Source: Marinicella sp.
Lineage (GTDB): Bacteria; Pseudomonadota; Gammaproteobacteria; Xanthomonadales; Marinicellaceae
NCBI GenBank assembly: GCA_965230295.1
Contig: OZ246001.1
Coordinates: 2,464,001-2,528,000 of the forward strand
Direction of reading: 5' to 3'
Length of the DNA stretch: 64,000 nt
The notes beneath the pieces are model-generated. The model was given only the letters and a program-made list of their open reading frames with translations, ran no database searches and was not told the DNA's origin. Positions 11,912-22,006 of the stretch are shown here, one piece after another. The translations under genes were made by a program, and so were the position numbers. Within the stretch, counting starts at the first letter, position 1; every line of letters starts with the position of its first letter.

Positions 11912-13456
11912 GTGAGCAAACCCGTCATTGCCAGCAACCAACCAATCAAGGTTGAGTTGACCCAAGGCCAGGAATATCATTTTTGTGCTTGTGGGCGCTC
12001 TGCCAATCAACCATTTTGTGACGGTTCTCATGTGGGAACTGACTTCAAACCCAAAGGATTCGTAGCTGAAGAAAACAATGAAGCCTATTTATGCCAGTGT
12101 AAACATACACAAAATGCCCCTTTCTGTGATGGCAGCCACAAGCAATTCCCGGTTGACATGATTGGGAAAGAAGGGCCAGGTGTCAGCACCAATCAGTCAG
12201 AAGCACCAGTGGCCAAAGCAACACAAGAAGAACCCACGGTAGAATTCATCCATCAGCTGGCCAGAGAAGGGCTGTCAAAGTTGGGGCACCATGGACCGAT
12301 GACTTCCATGGGTGTGCCTCGCAACGAGCTGCCCCACTGGGATGACCTGCAAGTGATGGTGGCTCAAATGGCGACCAAACCACTGATGGAAGATGTGGAG
12401 GTTGATACTCAGTTGGTGATAGGGCCAGAAGCCAAAAAGCCATTGGTGTTAAAAATACCCTTGTTTGTATCAGACATGAGTTTTGGTGCATTGTCTGAGG
12501 AGGCGAAAATAGCTCTGGCCAAAGGAGCTGAGTTGGCCGGTACTGGAATTTGTTCAGGAGAAGGCGGTATGCTACCTGAAGAGCAAGACGCCAACAGCCG
12601 TTATTTTTATGAACTTGCCAGTGCAGAGTTTGGTTATAAAGAGTCTTTGATTCAGAGGGTACAAGCCTTTCATTTCAAAGGAGGTCAAGGTGCAAAAACA
12701 GGTACAGGTGGACATTTACCAGGCAACAAAAATACCGGAAAAATCTCTCAAGTCAGGGGTATACCAGAAGGCACAGCAGCGATTTCTCCACCCACTTTTA
12801 AGCATTTGTCTTCTGTGAAGGATTTTAGAAATTTCGCTGAGAGGGTCAGGGAGCTGAGTGGCGGTATTCCCATCGGTTTCAAATTAAGTGCCAACCACAT
12901 CGAGCAGGACATCCAGTTTGCTTTGGATGCTTCTGCAGACTACATCATTTTGGATGGGCGAGGAGGTGGCACCGGGGCTGCCCCTGCCATGTTTCGTGAT
13001 CACATCAGTGTGCCGACCATTCCAGCTTTGGCCAGGGCCCGCACCTGTTTAGATCAGGCCGGTGCCAGTGGGCGAGTCACTTTGATCATTACGGGTGGAT
13101 TGCGGGTGCCAATGGATTTTGTCAAAGCCATGGCCTTGGGTGCAGATGGTGTGGCCATTTCAAACAGTGCGATGCAATCCATTGGTTGTGTGGCTGCCAG
13201 GATGTGCAACACCAACAACTGCCCGGCAGGTATAGCCACGCAAAAAGCCGATCTCAGACAACGGTTGAATGTTGATCAATCATCGATACAGCTGAGAAAT
13301 TTCTTTAACGCATCGGTCGAACTGATGGCAGTCATGGCCAGAGCTTGTGGCCACCAATCGTTCAATCAATTCAATATCAATGATTTGGCCACGTGGCATC
13401 GGGACATGGCGATGTTGTCAGGTGTCAAATATTCCGGTGTGAGGGACTTGCCATGA
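11912..13456 (+). CDS. glutamate synthase-related FMN protein with two N-terminal CDGSH Fe-S domains
   Basis: two C-x-C-x2-(S/T)-x3-PFCDGSH motifs, MSFGALS, SGEGG, GQGAK.G.GG.LP, CNTNNCPAGIATQ; GTG start after GGGAGG. Confidence 0.92.
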   Translation: MSKPVIASNQPIKVELTQGQEYHFCACGRSANQPFCDGSHVGTDFKPKGFVAEENNEAYLCQCKHTQNAPFCDGSHKQFPVDMIGKEGPGVSTNQSEAPVAKATQEEPTVEFIHQLAREGLSKLGHHGPMTSMGVPRNELPHWDDLQVMVAQMATKPLMEDVEVDTQLVIGPEAKKPLVLKIPLFVSDMSFGALSEEAKIALAKGAELAGTGICSGEGGMLPEEQDANSRYFYELASAEFGYKESLIQRVQAFHFKGGQGAKTGTGGHLPGNKNTGKISQVRGIPEGTAAISPPTFKHLSSVKDFRNFAERVRELSGGIPIGFKLSANHIEQDIQFALDASADYIILDGRGGGTGAAPAMFRDHISVPTIPALARARTCLDQAGASGRVTLIITGGLRVPMDFVKAMALGADGVAISNSAMQSIGCVAARMCNTNNCPAGIATQKADLRQRLNVDQSSIQLRNFFNASVELMAVMARACGHQSFNQFNINDLATWHRDMAMLSGVKYSGVRDLP

Positions 13457-13505
13457 ACACAGATTTTTGGTTGCAACCATTGGTATTGAATGGCGAACAA
13501 TAAAT

Positions 13506-14321
13506 ATGACCCATACTCAAAAAAAATCCACAACCAATGTGGTCATCGTCGGCGTCCCTTCTGATGAAAATTCCAGTTTTTTGCGTGGCTGTGCCGACGC
13601 ACCGGATATCATCCGTGCTGCGGTGCACAGTGAATCTGCCAACATGTGGAGTGAACAAGGTTTTGAACTCAAGTTTGATGAGAATTGTACCGATCTTGGA
13701 GATTTGTCCTTCTCAGAAGGTCCAGAAGGGTTTGATCAAATCACTGCTGCCATTGACCAACAGCTATCAGCTGGTCACAAAGTGTTGTCATTAGGTGGTG
13801 ATCATGCGGTGACATTCCCGATCATCCGGGCTTTTGCCAACCATTTTTCTCAGCTCACACTGTTGCACTTTGATGCGCATGGTGATTTGTATCACAACTT
13901 CCAAGATAACCCCCTGTCCCATGCTTCGCCTTTTGCCCGTATCATGGAAAGCGATTTGGTTGGTCGATTGATTCAAGTGGGTATCCGCACATTGAATCAA
14001 CACCAAAGAGACCAGGTTGAGCGATTTGGAGTGGAGGTTTACGGCGTCAACCAAGTGTCAGAAGTGATGGCTTTAGACTTAACTGGACCGGTGTATATAT
14101 CCCTGGATCTGGATGCTTTGGACCCGGCCTTTGCTCCTGGCGTCTCTCACCATGAGCCTGGTGGCCTATCAACCCGTGACATCATCAATGTGATTCACAG
14201 TATTCAAGCCAATGTCGTCGGTGCTGATATTGTGGAATACAACCCCACACGTGACATCAATGGCATGACATCAATGGTGGCAGCCAAATTATTGCGTGAG
14301 TTAATGGGTGTAATGGTTTAA
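13506..14321 (+). CDS. agmatinase/arginase family ureohydrolase
   Basis: GGDH, DAHGD, SLDLDALDPAFAPG, E.NP motifs. Confidence 0.92.
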   Translation: MTHTQKKSTTNVVIVGVPSDENSSFLRGCADAPDIIRAAVHSESANMWSEQGFELKFDENCTDLGDLSFSEGPEGFDQITAAIDQQLSAGHKVLSLGGDHAVTFPIIRAFANHFSQLTLLHFDAHGDLYHNFQDNPLSHASPFARIMESDLVGRLIQVGIRTLNQHQRDQVERFGVEVYGVNQVSEVMALDLTGPVYISLDLDALDPAFAPGVSHHEPGGLSTRDIINVIHSIQANVVGADIVEYNPTRDINGMTSMVAAKLLRELMGVMV

Positions 14322-14356
14322 TATTTTAAACAACAAACGGACAAAGAAACAATCAA

Positions 14357-15556
14357 GTGAAAATCATCGAACAAATGAAGGACAAGGTCCACAGGCACCA
14401 AGAAAGACACAGTGAATCGGGTTATCGACTGGTACTCTCCGACAGCATAGCATTCGTCAATGCCAGTGATTGGGATTCGGTGGCAGCATTCAATTCAGTA
14501 TTCCTCAGTCGAAAATACCTGGCGGCCATCGAGACGTGTTCGCCAGTCAATACCGAACAGCGCTATGCCATGGCCTATGATCAAGACAACCAACCTGTAG
14601 TCATAGTGGCTTGTCAGGTGGCAGAGATAGGCGGGGAAAACCTCACCCAGGAATCTGGCGGCATCGCAGATAAAATCAAAAAGAAATACCAGGAAAGGGT
14701 GTTGGTTTGTGGTAACTTGGTTTCCAGTGGGTTGCACGGAGTGGGTTTTGCTGATGGATTTGATCAGCAATCTGCATGGCGCATCATTGCTGAAGTGTTG
14801 TACAAAATCAGGCGAACTGAGAAATTGGCCGGTAAAATTGACTTTGTGATGATCAAAGACATCAAAAGGCCTCTGCTTGAGCCGTCTGAAGTCATGGAAC
14901 GGTATTCATACCGCCGCATCCAAACTGATCCGGATATGGTGTTGGAATTGGACACTGCTGTTAAATCTTTTGATGACTACCTGGCCATGTTAACCACCAA
15001 ATATCGGGGCCGCATCAAAAAGATCATCAAGACCATTGATCAGGCTGGACTCAGTTGTGAACAATTACCCCTGGATGTAGAGACTGATGCTCGTATTCAC
15101 GATCTCTATTTACAAGTGGAAGCCAAATCTGCCACCCGTCTTGCCACCTTGCCCAAAGGGTATTTCCTGGCCTTACAAAACAATCTGGGCCAGGATTTTT
15201 GCTGTTTTGGAATAAAAGATGAGCAACAAATAGCCGGCTTTGTTTCTGTCATAAAAGATGGTGATGTGGCTGTCGCTTATTATGTTGGTCTGGATTACAG
15301 CATCAATAAAAAGCTGCCCATCTATTTCAGACTGCTGCAATTGGTCATCAATGTGGCGATTGATTGGGGCTGTGGAAAAGTGTCGTTTGGACGCACTGCT
15401 TTAGAACCCAAAGCCAATCTGGGGGCGGAACCAGTGGAAGAGTTTGTGTGGGCCCGGCACCGAGTCCCAGTGGTGAATTTTATGGTCAGAAAGCTGTTCA
15501 GAAACGTACCGTTTGATGTGGCACCGGAAAGGTCCGTTAAGAAAAAACAACCATGA
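14357..15556 (+). CDS. GNAT/FemAB-like acyltransferase-fold protein
   Basis: FDDYLAML..KYR, YVGLDY, SFGRTALEPKANLGA resemble Fem-like GNAT proteins. Confidence 0.7.
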   Translation: MKIIEQMKDKVHRHQERHSESGYRLVLSDSIAFVNASDWDSVAAFNSVFLSRKYLAAIETCSPVNTEQRYAMAYDQDNQPVVIVACQVAEIGGENLTQESGGIADKIKKKYQERVLVCGNLVSSGLHGVGFADGFDQQSAWRIIAEVLYKIRRTEKLAGKIDFVMIKDIKRPLLEPSEVMERYSYRRIQTDPDMVLELDTAVKSFDDYLAMLTTKYRGRIKKIIKTIDQAGLSCEQLPLDVETDARIHDLYLQVEAKSATRLATLPKGYFLALQNNLGQDFCCFGIKDEQQIAGFVSVIKDGDVAVAYYVGLDYSINKKLPIYFRLLQLVINVAIDWGCGKVSFGRTALEPKANLGAEPVEEFVWARHRVPVVNFMVRKLFRNVPFDVAPERSVKKKQP

Positions 15557-15834
15557 ATACAGCCATTAAGCACAATCCAGATCGCAACCGTTTTGAAGTC
15601 ATTATCGAAGGCCATACTGCTTATATGAGTTATGTACTCAGTTGCGACGTTATTAATTTCAACCACACCATCGTCCCTGATGTTCTTGGTGGTCAAGGTT
15701 TAGGAACTGAGTTGGTGAAATATGGTCTGGCCCATGCCAGAGTTAAGCATTTACAGGTGATACCATCATGCCCTTTTGTGGCAGCTGTTATCAACAAAAA
15801 TCCTGTCTATCAGGATTTGCTTTATATTGATTAA
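15553..15834 (+). CDS. small GNAT acetyltransferase (YjdJ-like)
   Basis: HTIVP..LGGQGLG..LV, IPSCPFV. Confidence 0.9.
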   Translation: MNTAIKHNPDRNRFEVIIEGHTAYMSYVLSCDVINFNHTIVPDVLGGQGLGTELVKYGLAHARVKHLQVIPSCPFVAAVINKNPVYQDLLYID

Positions 15835-15994
15835 TCATTCCTTCAAGGTTTTTTATTTCGTCAAACTGCATGATTTGCCTGGCCGAGGCGTGTCGGTCGA
15901 ACGGTCCGAGAATTCCCCATGGCTAACTGACCAATGAATAGAGCTTATTCAGGCTGATTATCTTTGTTAAAATACTTCTCTTTATAAAAAAATA

Positions 15995-16537
15995 ATGCCA
16001 ATGAAAATAGCCAATTCTGAGCGGCTGCAATATGCCATGATGACTGAAGATGATGCCGAGTTGTTGTTTGAGTTAGATCAGGATACCGAAGTCATGCGTT
16101 ATATCAATGGTGGCAAAATGACCACCAGACAAGAGATTCAAGATGTGTACTTGCCTCGGTTGACCAAATATACCAATGCGGACAAAGGGTGGGGTATGTG
16201 GAAGCTGACAACAACCAGCAACAATGAGTTTATCGGTTGGGTACTGGTCAGACCCATGAATTTTTTTAGTGGGCAACCGAAATGGGATGATTGGGAACTG
16301 GGCTGGCGTCTGATGCGCAAAGCCTGGGGCTTTGGTTATGCCACTGAGGCAGCCAAGCATATAATGCAGGCTCTGAAAGAGACTCAAGACATGTCCTATT
16401 TTTCTGCCATAGCCATGCCTGGCAATGAAGCATCCATCAACATCATGAAGAAATTAGGCATGACTTACCAGAAAACTGACATTTATGAAGATCCACTTGG
16501 AATTGATGAAGTGGTGTATTACACCATCTGTCTTTGA
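15995..16537 (+). CDS. RimJ/RimL-type GNAT acetyltransferase
   Basis: ELGWRL...WGFGYATEAA, N.ASI.IM.KLGM. Confidence 0.9.
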   Translation: MPMKIANSERLQYAMMTEDDAELLFELDQDTEVMRYINGGKMTTRQEIQDVYLPRLTKYTNADKGWGMWKLTTTSNNEFIGWVLVRPMNFFSGQPKWDDWELGWRLMRKAWGFGYATEAAKHIMQALKETQDMSYFSAIAMPGNEASINIMKKLGMTYQKTDIYEDPLGIDEVVYYTICL

Positions 16538-16544
16538 GCCTCTT

Positions 16545-18002
16545 TCAAGCAGCCACAGGAAGTTGAAATGAAAACTGGGTGCCCTTTTCGAGTTTGCTGA
16601 TAACCTTGATTTTGGCTTGGTGCAAATCAAGGATTTTTTTCACAATCGCCAGGCCAAGCCCTGAAGAGCTTTTACTGTGTTGGGAAGAGTTTTCCGCTCG
16701 GTATAAACGGTCGAAGATGAACGGCAGTTCCTGTTTGCTGATTCCCCTGCCTGTGTCGCGTATGATGATTTTGAATTGTCCGCTTTGTTGAACCAGTTTC
16801 AACAACACCTTACCATCAGCAGGCGTGTGTTTGATGGCATTGCCAATCAAGTTTTCCAGCACCCTTTGCATCAGTCCGATGTCGGCTTTGACGTCGGTGT
16901 TGCCATCTATCAGATCAACTTTAAGGTCCACATTCCTCTTTTGGGCCATCATTTTAAATTCCATGCTGACGTCCTGCATCAGTTCTGACATGGAAAAGGC
17001 TTCAATGCTGGGTTTAACCGCCAAAGAGTCTAACTTTGACAGTTCAAACAAGTCGTTGACCAAATCATTCAAGCGAACACAATGCTTACTGGCGGTGGCC
17101 AAATAATCTGTTTTTTCTGATTCTTGTAATGTTGTTTTTTTGATCAATAAAGTGTCCAGGTATCCTTGTATGGACGCCAATGGCGTACGTAAATCGTGAG
17201 ATACATTGGTGATCAAGTCACGGCGGTTTTGATCGGCGGCTTGAATTTGTTTCATTTGTTGGTTGATTTGTTGTCCCATCTGGTTGAATGCTGCTTCTAA
17301 CACCTTGATCTCATCACCGGTTTTTGTCCCACTGGCCTTTTGGCCAGTGATTTGTTGTTGGAAGTCCCTGACTTTGTTGGTCAATGAAGTCAGTGGTTTG
17401 GTCAATTGTTTGACCACCAAAACACCAATGACTAAACTTAAAATAAGCACCGCAGCGATACTGGCCAAGGCAATTTTTAAAACAAAATTTTTGCTGATGT
17501 CTTTGGCCAGGGCTTCGTAGGTTTGGCCACCCAATATGGCATAGACATAGCCTTCATCCTGTCCATTGTATGTGACTTTTGCTGCTGAAAAAGCTTTCTT
17601 GGTGTCGGGACTGCGCGGATCCAGGTTAACCAATGGGCGATGAGAATCAGGCTGTAAAAAAGTTTCGATTTGAGTCAAAGGTATTTGGCTCTGATAAGGG
17701 GTATCGTGGGGTAAATTGTGACTCAACACACGACCTTCTGTGTCTAACAGATATACCTCTACAGTTGGGTTGATCACCATGGCACGTTCTGCCAATCTGT
17801 TGATGGCGGCTTCGTTATGCTGTCCATTTTGGATTAACTGTTCTTCAGCTGCCACATACATGGCGATGGATCCATTCAACCTTTGGGTCATTTCCAAGTT
17901 ATATTGTACAGAGGCATAGCGGGTGATGAAGGCCAGTACAACGCCCATGACAATAAACAAAGTCATCAGCGTCAGGGATAATTTTTTATTCAATGATCTC
18001 AT
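16545..18002 (-). CDS. HAMP sensor histidine kinase
   Basis: two TM helices, HAMP, H-box SHDLRTPL, N/G boxes intact. Confidence 0.93.
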   Translation of the reverse strand: MRSLNKKLSLTLMTLFIVMGVVLAFITRYASVQYNLEMTQRLNGSIAMYVAAEEQLIQNGQHNEAAINRLAERAMVINPTVEVYLLDTEGRVLSHNLPHDTPYQSQIPLTQIETFLQPDSHRPLVNLDPRSPDTKKAFSAAKVTYNGQDEGYVYAILGGQTYEALAKDISKNFVLKIALASIAAVLILSLVIGVLVVKQLTKPLTSLTNKVRDFQQQITGQKASGTKTGDEIKVLEAAFNQMGQQINQQMKQIQAADQNRRDLITNVSHDLRTPLASIQGYLDTLLIKKTTLQESEKTDYLATASKHCVRLNDLVNDLFELSKLDSLAVKPSIEAFSMSELMQDVSMEFKMMAQKRNVDLKVDLIDGNTDVKADIGLMQRVLENLIGNAIKHTPADGKVLLKLVQQSGQFKIIIRDTGRGISKQELPFIFDRLYRAENSSQHSKSSSGLGLAIVKKILDLHQAKIKVISKLEKGTQFSFQLPVAA

Positions 18003-18004
18003 GG

Positions 18005-18724
18005 TTACATATGTGCTGAACTGTCAGGGGCTATGAATTTGTAGCCGACCCCCCAAATGGTTTTGATGAATTTCGGGTTGTGACAATCAGGTTCTATTTT
18101 GGTGCGCAGTCGATTCATGTGAGAATTGACGGTATGCTCGTAACCGTCATGACCATAACCCCAAACCTGATCCAACAATTGTGATCGATTGAACACTTTG
18201 TCTGGGTGACTGGCAAAGAAATGTAACAAATCAAATTCTTTGGCGGTTAAATTGATTTCTTCACCGTCCACTTTGACGGTTCTTTGTTCACTGCGTATTT
18301 CTAGTCCTGAAAAATTAAGAGCGGAGGTTGGTTCATTGATGAAGCCTTGACTGGCATCAAATCGCCGCATCAAAGCTTTGACCCTAGCGGTTAATTCCAT
18401 CACGCTGAAGGGTTTGGTCAAGTAATCATCAGCACCCATCTCCAAACCCAAGACACGATCCAATTCCGTGGATTTAGCCGTGAGCATAAGAATGGGAACA
18501 TAGTTGGCCTGACTGCGGATTCGACGGCAGATTTCAAGTCCATCCATCTTGGGTAATTTAAGATCCAGAACAATCGCACTCCAGGAACGATTCAATGCCA
18601 TGTTCAAACCTTGTTCACCATCATGAATCAGTTCAACATGATCGCACAATTCTGCCAAATGAATCTTCAGCAATTGGGCAATGTCAAATTCGTCTTCAAT
18701 CACTAAAATTTGTTTTTTTGACAT
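18005..18724 (-). CDS. OmpR-family response regulator
   Basis: receiver plus winged helix (GADDYLTKPF, VNSHMNRLR.KIE, TIWGVGY); start after GGAGG. Confidence 0.95.
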   Translation of the reverse strand: MSKKQILVIEDEFDIAQLLKIHLAELCDHVELIHDGEQGLNMALNRSWSAIVLDLKLPKMDGLEICRRIRSQANYVPILMLTAKSTELDRVLGLEMGADDYLTKPFSVMELTARVKALMRRFDASQGFINEPTSALNFSGLEIRSEQRTVKVDGEEINLTAKEFDLLHFFASHPDKVFNRSQLLDQVWGYGHDGYEHTVNSHMNRLRTKIEPDCHNPKFIKTIWGVGYKFIAPDSSAHM

Positions 18725-18824
18725 GTCGGAGGCCTCCCCAGAAACTTCAGTTTTGTTATTTTGATTGAATATATGAAAGGTAAATGACATCAGAACTTAC
18801 AATTTTTTGTGATTTTTGGTATTA

Positions 18825-18867
18825 ACAGGTTACAGCCGGGGGATACATAAGAAAGGCTGTAACCTGT
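18825..18867 (-). terminator. stem-loop downstream of the spondin gene
   Basis: 13-bp inverted repeat ACAGGTTACAGCC/GGCTGTAACCTGT. Confidence 0.6.
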
Positions 18868-18888
18868 CAGTGGGTTAATGGTCAGTGC

Positions 18889-20748
18889 TTACAATTGACA
18901 CGCACCTGCAAAATCGACCGGACCTGAGGTTAAGCGGGTCAGTGATTCTGTTCCTGAGCCATAGGCTGGTAACAATGAGTCATATGACAAAGTGGCATCT
19001 GTACAAGAGTTGAATTTAATTCGCACTTGGCCCCAATTAATTTGGGTGACATCGTCGGCATTGAAATCTTCACCAAAGATGGCACCTTCGGTTTGAAACA
19101 CTTCAACAATGGCTGTGTCATCGACCACAGGGCCTGCACCAGTTAACCAGATCTGTTGTCCTGAGCCATCGGCAGCATAGTGGTACCAAGAGATCACTGC
19201 TCGAGCACCCCCACTGCCATCTTGGGTGATTTCGATCACGAAGCCATGACCATCTCTGGTGGGGTTATACCAGGCACCGCTGTGTCCGCCATCAACTGCT
19301 CTTGAGAGCCTGATTTCTGCCACAGGACTACCAGGGATGCTGAAATCAGCGGCGGTTTCGTCAAAACTAATCCCTGGTCCGTTGGTTCCACCTAAAAACA
19401 CCTGTGGAGAGCCGTCCGGGTTGCCTTGTGAACCATTAAACCCGGGATGTAGTGCGATCAGGTCTGTCGTTGCTTCACCAGTGTCTGGTGCAGATTGGTT
19501 GAAAAATGCGGCATCAGATTCGGTATTCGCTTCGGTGCCTGCATCCCAAACATTGTTGCCATAAACTTTAACCCTGACTGGACCAGCAAATGAACCACTG
19601 TCATCAAAAATCGGGTAAGCCACAGGATTGTCATTGCCTATGAATGCATCATTGGAGGGCAGTAACATGGCTGCATATGACAAATATCGGTTGCTACCAG
19701 CATCCAGATAAACCATTTCAGTGGTGCTAAAACCAGGGTCAAACAACGGTGCGCCTGCAAACCCTTCAGGGTTCAGTACCACTTGATCCACACCAGCACC
19801 ACTGGTTTCAAAATCTTCGGTCAGTGCGCCAAAGTCACCGTCTTCTGCCATGCGTTCAATGCCTGTTGATGCGGTTTCACCGACATTGAAACTATCGAAA
19901 CTGCCGTCATGAAATCCCAACCATACAGGAGTTAAATAAACACCTCCGGCTGGAGCTTGATTTTTGACAGTCACTCGAACAGGAGTCTTGTTGTTTTGGA
20001 TGGTGACCCGCATGATGGGGACAATCCCCTGGGTAAAATCACCCTTGACAGCATCAATGGTGGTTCCCGGAGGTACAGTAGCACCCAAGATATTCACAGG
20101 TGTGGCAGCTGGATTACCAGCAGAGCCATTGAAACCCGGGTGTAATTCGATCACATCAGTGGTGGCTTCACCTGTATCAGGCGCCGTTTGATTCAAAAAA
20201 GCCGCATCAGTTTCGGTGTTGGCTTCAGTGCCGGCATCCAAAACTTCAGAGCCATAAACCACAAAAGAAATCGGACCGATGAACTCGCCTGAGTCATCAA
20301 ACAGCTGGTGTGCCGTTGGGTTACCATTGGCAATAAAGGCATCATTGGAAGGCAGGATCATGGCGCCGTAACTGAAATACTGATTGGTGCTTGGGTCTAA
20401 GTCAAACACTTCGTAACTGGCCATACCAGGATCAAATACAGGTGCACCTGCAAAACCTTCAGGGTTCAAAATCACCGCATCTTGACCACCGGCACTGGCA
20501 AAGTCGCTGATCAATGCAGCAAAGTCACCGTCTTCGGCAAACCGTTCGACGCCTTCTGATGCAGCTGCGCCTCGGTCATACAAATCAAAACTGCCATCAT
20601 GAAACCCCACCCATAGCGGGGTAAAATAAACCCCACCGGTGGGGCTCAGGTTTTCGACTTTGACTTTGACCTCAAAAGCCGAGGCCTGGGTGGCCAATAA
20701 AAATCCCGCTGGGATCAACAGCGAGCGTAAATGTTGTTTAATCTTCAT
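18889..20748 (-). CDS. secreted protein with two tandem spondin-type domains and a C-terminal beta domain
   Basis: internal duplication (TP.W.GFHDGSFD..., M.LPSNDAFI, DAGTEANTE twice), signal peptide. Confidence 0.85.
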   Translation of the reverse strand: MKIKQHLRSLLIPAGFLLATQASAFEVKVKVENLSPTGGVYFTPLWVGFHDGSFDLYDRGAAASEGVERFAEDGDFAALISDFASAGGQDAVILNPEGFAGAPVFDPGMASYEVFDLDPSTNQYFSYGAMILPSNDAFIANGNPTAHQLFDDSGEFIGPISFVVYGSEVLDAGTEANTETDAAFLNQTAPDTGEATTDVIELHPGFNGSAGNPAATPVNILGATVPPGTTIDAVKGDFTQGIVPIMRVTIQNNKTPVRVTVKNQAPAGGVYLTPVWLGFHDGSFDSFNVGETASTGIERMAEDGDFGALTEDFETSGAGVDQVVLNPEGFAGAPLFDPGFSTTEMVYLDAGSNRYLSYAAMLLPSNDAFIGNDNPVAYPIFDDSGSFAGPVRVKVYGNNVWDAGTEANTESDAAFFNQSAPDTGEATTDLIALHPGFNGSQGNPDGSPQVFLGGTNGPGISFDETAADFSIPGSPVAEIRLSRAVDGGHSGAWYNPTRDGHGFVIEITQDGSGGARAVISWYHYAADGSGQQIWLTGAGPVVDDTAIVEVFQTEGAIFGEDFNADDVTQINWGQVRIKFNSCTDATLSYDSLLPAYGSGTESLTRLTSGPVDFAGACQL

Positions 20749-20798
20749 GGTTTACTCCTCATGTGTGTTTCAAATGAGCAGCCATTATGAATTTCAAT

Positions 20799-20826
20799 TC
20801 TCACAGAAATCTCACGGCTTCATGAC
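20799..20826. promoter_or_regulatory. putative OmpR-type tandem binding site
   Basis: TCTCAC-N5-TCTCAC-N5-(CATGAC) at 11-bp period upstream of the spondin gene. Confidence 0.5.
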
Positions 20827-20920
20827 AAATTCCTAAAATGAGCCTTCTGTTTGTTTTGATAGACTACCTCGATTTGAATGGATGAATTACAATGATGTGA
20901 TCATCTTTAGTGACATCAGC

Positions 20921-22006
20921 ATGAATATTCATGATCAAAAACAACTGGAGCCTATAACAAAAGCACAAGCATCTGAGCAGGCACATACTTTGCCGGCGGC
21001 GGTCTACCAAGGTGGTTTTTACTCCGTTTTGGATAAAACCTGGGTGTTGCATCCTTCGTGGCAATTGGCAGCCCATGCAAGTCAATTGGCCAATGTTGGG
21101 GAATATGTGGTTCATGAGATTGCTGATCAGCCCGTTATTGTGGTCAATACAGGTCAAGGTATCAAAGCCTTTCACAACGTTTGTCGACATCGGGCTGGAC
21201 CATTGGCATTTGAAAATGGTTGTGGCAAAACATTGATGTGTAAATACCATGGTTGGAACTATCATTTGGATGGCCGGTTAAAAAGCGCCCCGGAAATGCA
21301 CACCACCCCAGGGTTTGACGTTTCACAATACCAGCTGCCAGAAATCAAAACGGCGATCTGGCAAGGACTGGTTTTTGTGGCTTTGAATGACCAGGTGCCA
21401 GCATTGGCAGATGTGGTCAGTGGTATTGAAGACACCATTGCGCCCATTGATATCAGCACCATGCGGTTTTATCGGCGGGATGAATTCACCTTGGGATGTA
21501 ATTGGAAAGTGTATGTGGAAAATTATTTGGAAGGGTACCATTTGCCTCATGTACATCCTGGATTAAATAAATTATTGGATTACAAAAGTTACCAAACTGA
21601 AACCAGTCAATGGCACTCATACCAATACAGTCCCTTGGATCAAAGTGAAGGCTTTTATGGTGAAGGACAGGCGCATTACTTCTTCCTGTACCCAAACACC
21701 ATGTTAAATGTGCTGCCTAATCGATTGCAAACCAATCAAGTCTTGCCAATGTCGAACAACCAATGCAAGGTGGTCTTTGACTATTACTACCCGGATCAAC
21801 CTGGCATTGAACACTTGATTGAACAAGATCAATCATTCAGTGATGAAGTGCAAGATGAAGACATCATGATTTGTGAAGCGGTCCAAAAAGGGTTGAATTC
21901 AGGTAGTTACCAAACAGGCAGGTTGTGTATGAAGCGTGAAACAGGTCTTTATCACTTCCAAGAGCTGATCAGAAAGGCTTACAGACAAGCCATCAAATCA
22001 ACATGA
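20921..22006 (+). CDS. Rieske aromatic-ring oxygenase alpha subunit (choline monooxygenase-like)
   Basis: CRHR...CKYH Rieske motif, NWK...ENYLEGYH..VH, QDED...CE. Confidence 0.92.
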   Translation: MNIHDQKQLEPITKAQASEQAHTLPAAVYQGGFYSVLDKTWVLHPSWQLAAHASQLANVGEYVVHEIADQPVIVVNTGQGIKAFHNVCRHRAGPLAFENGCGKTLMCKYHGWNYHLDGRLKSAPEMHTTPGFDVSQYQLPEIKTAIWQGLVFVALNDQVPALADVVSGIEDTIAPIDISTMRFYRRDEFTLGCNWKVYVENYLEGYHLPHVHPGLNKLLDYKSYQTETSQWHSYQYSPLDQSEGFYGEGQAHYFFLYPNTMLNVLPNRLQTNQVLPMSNNQCKVVFDYYYPDQPGIEHLIEQDQSFSDEVQDEDIMICEAVQKGLNSGSYQTGRLCMKRETGLYHFQELIRKAYRQAIKST

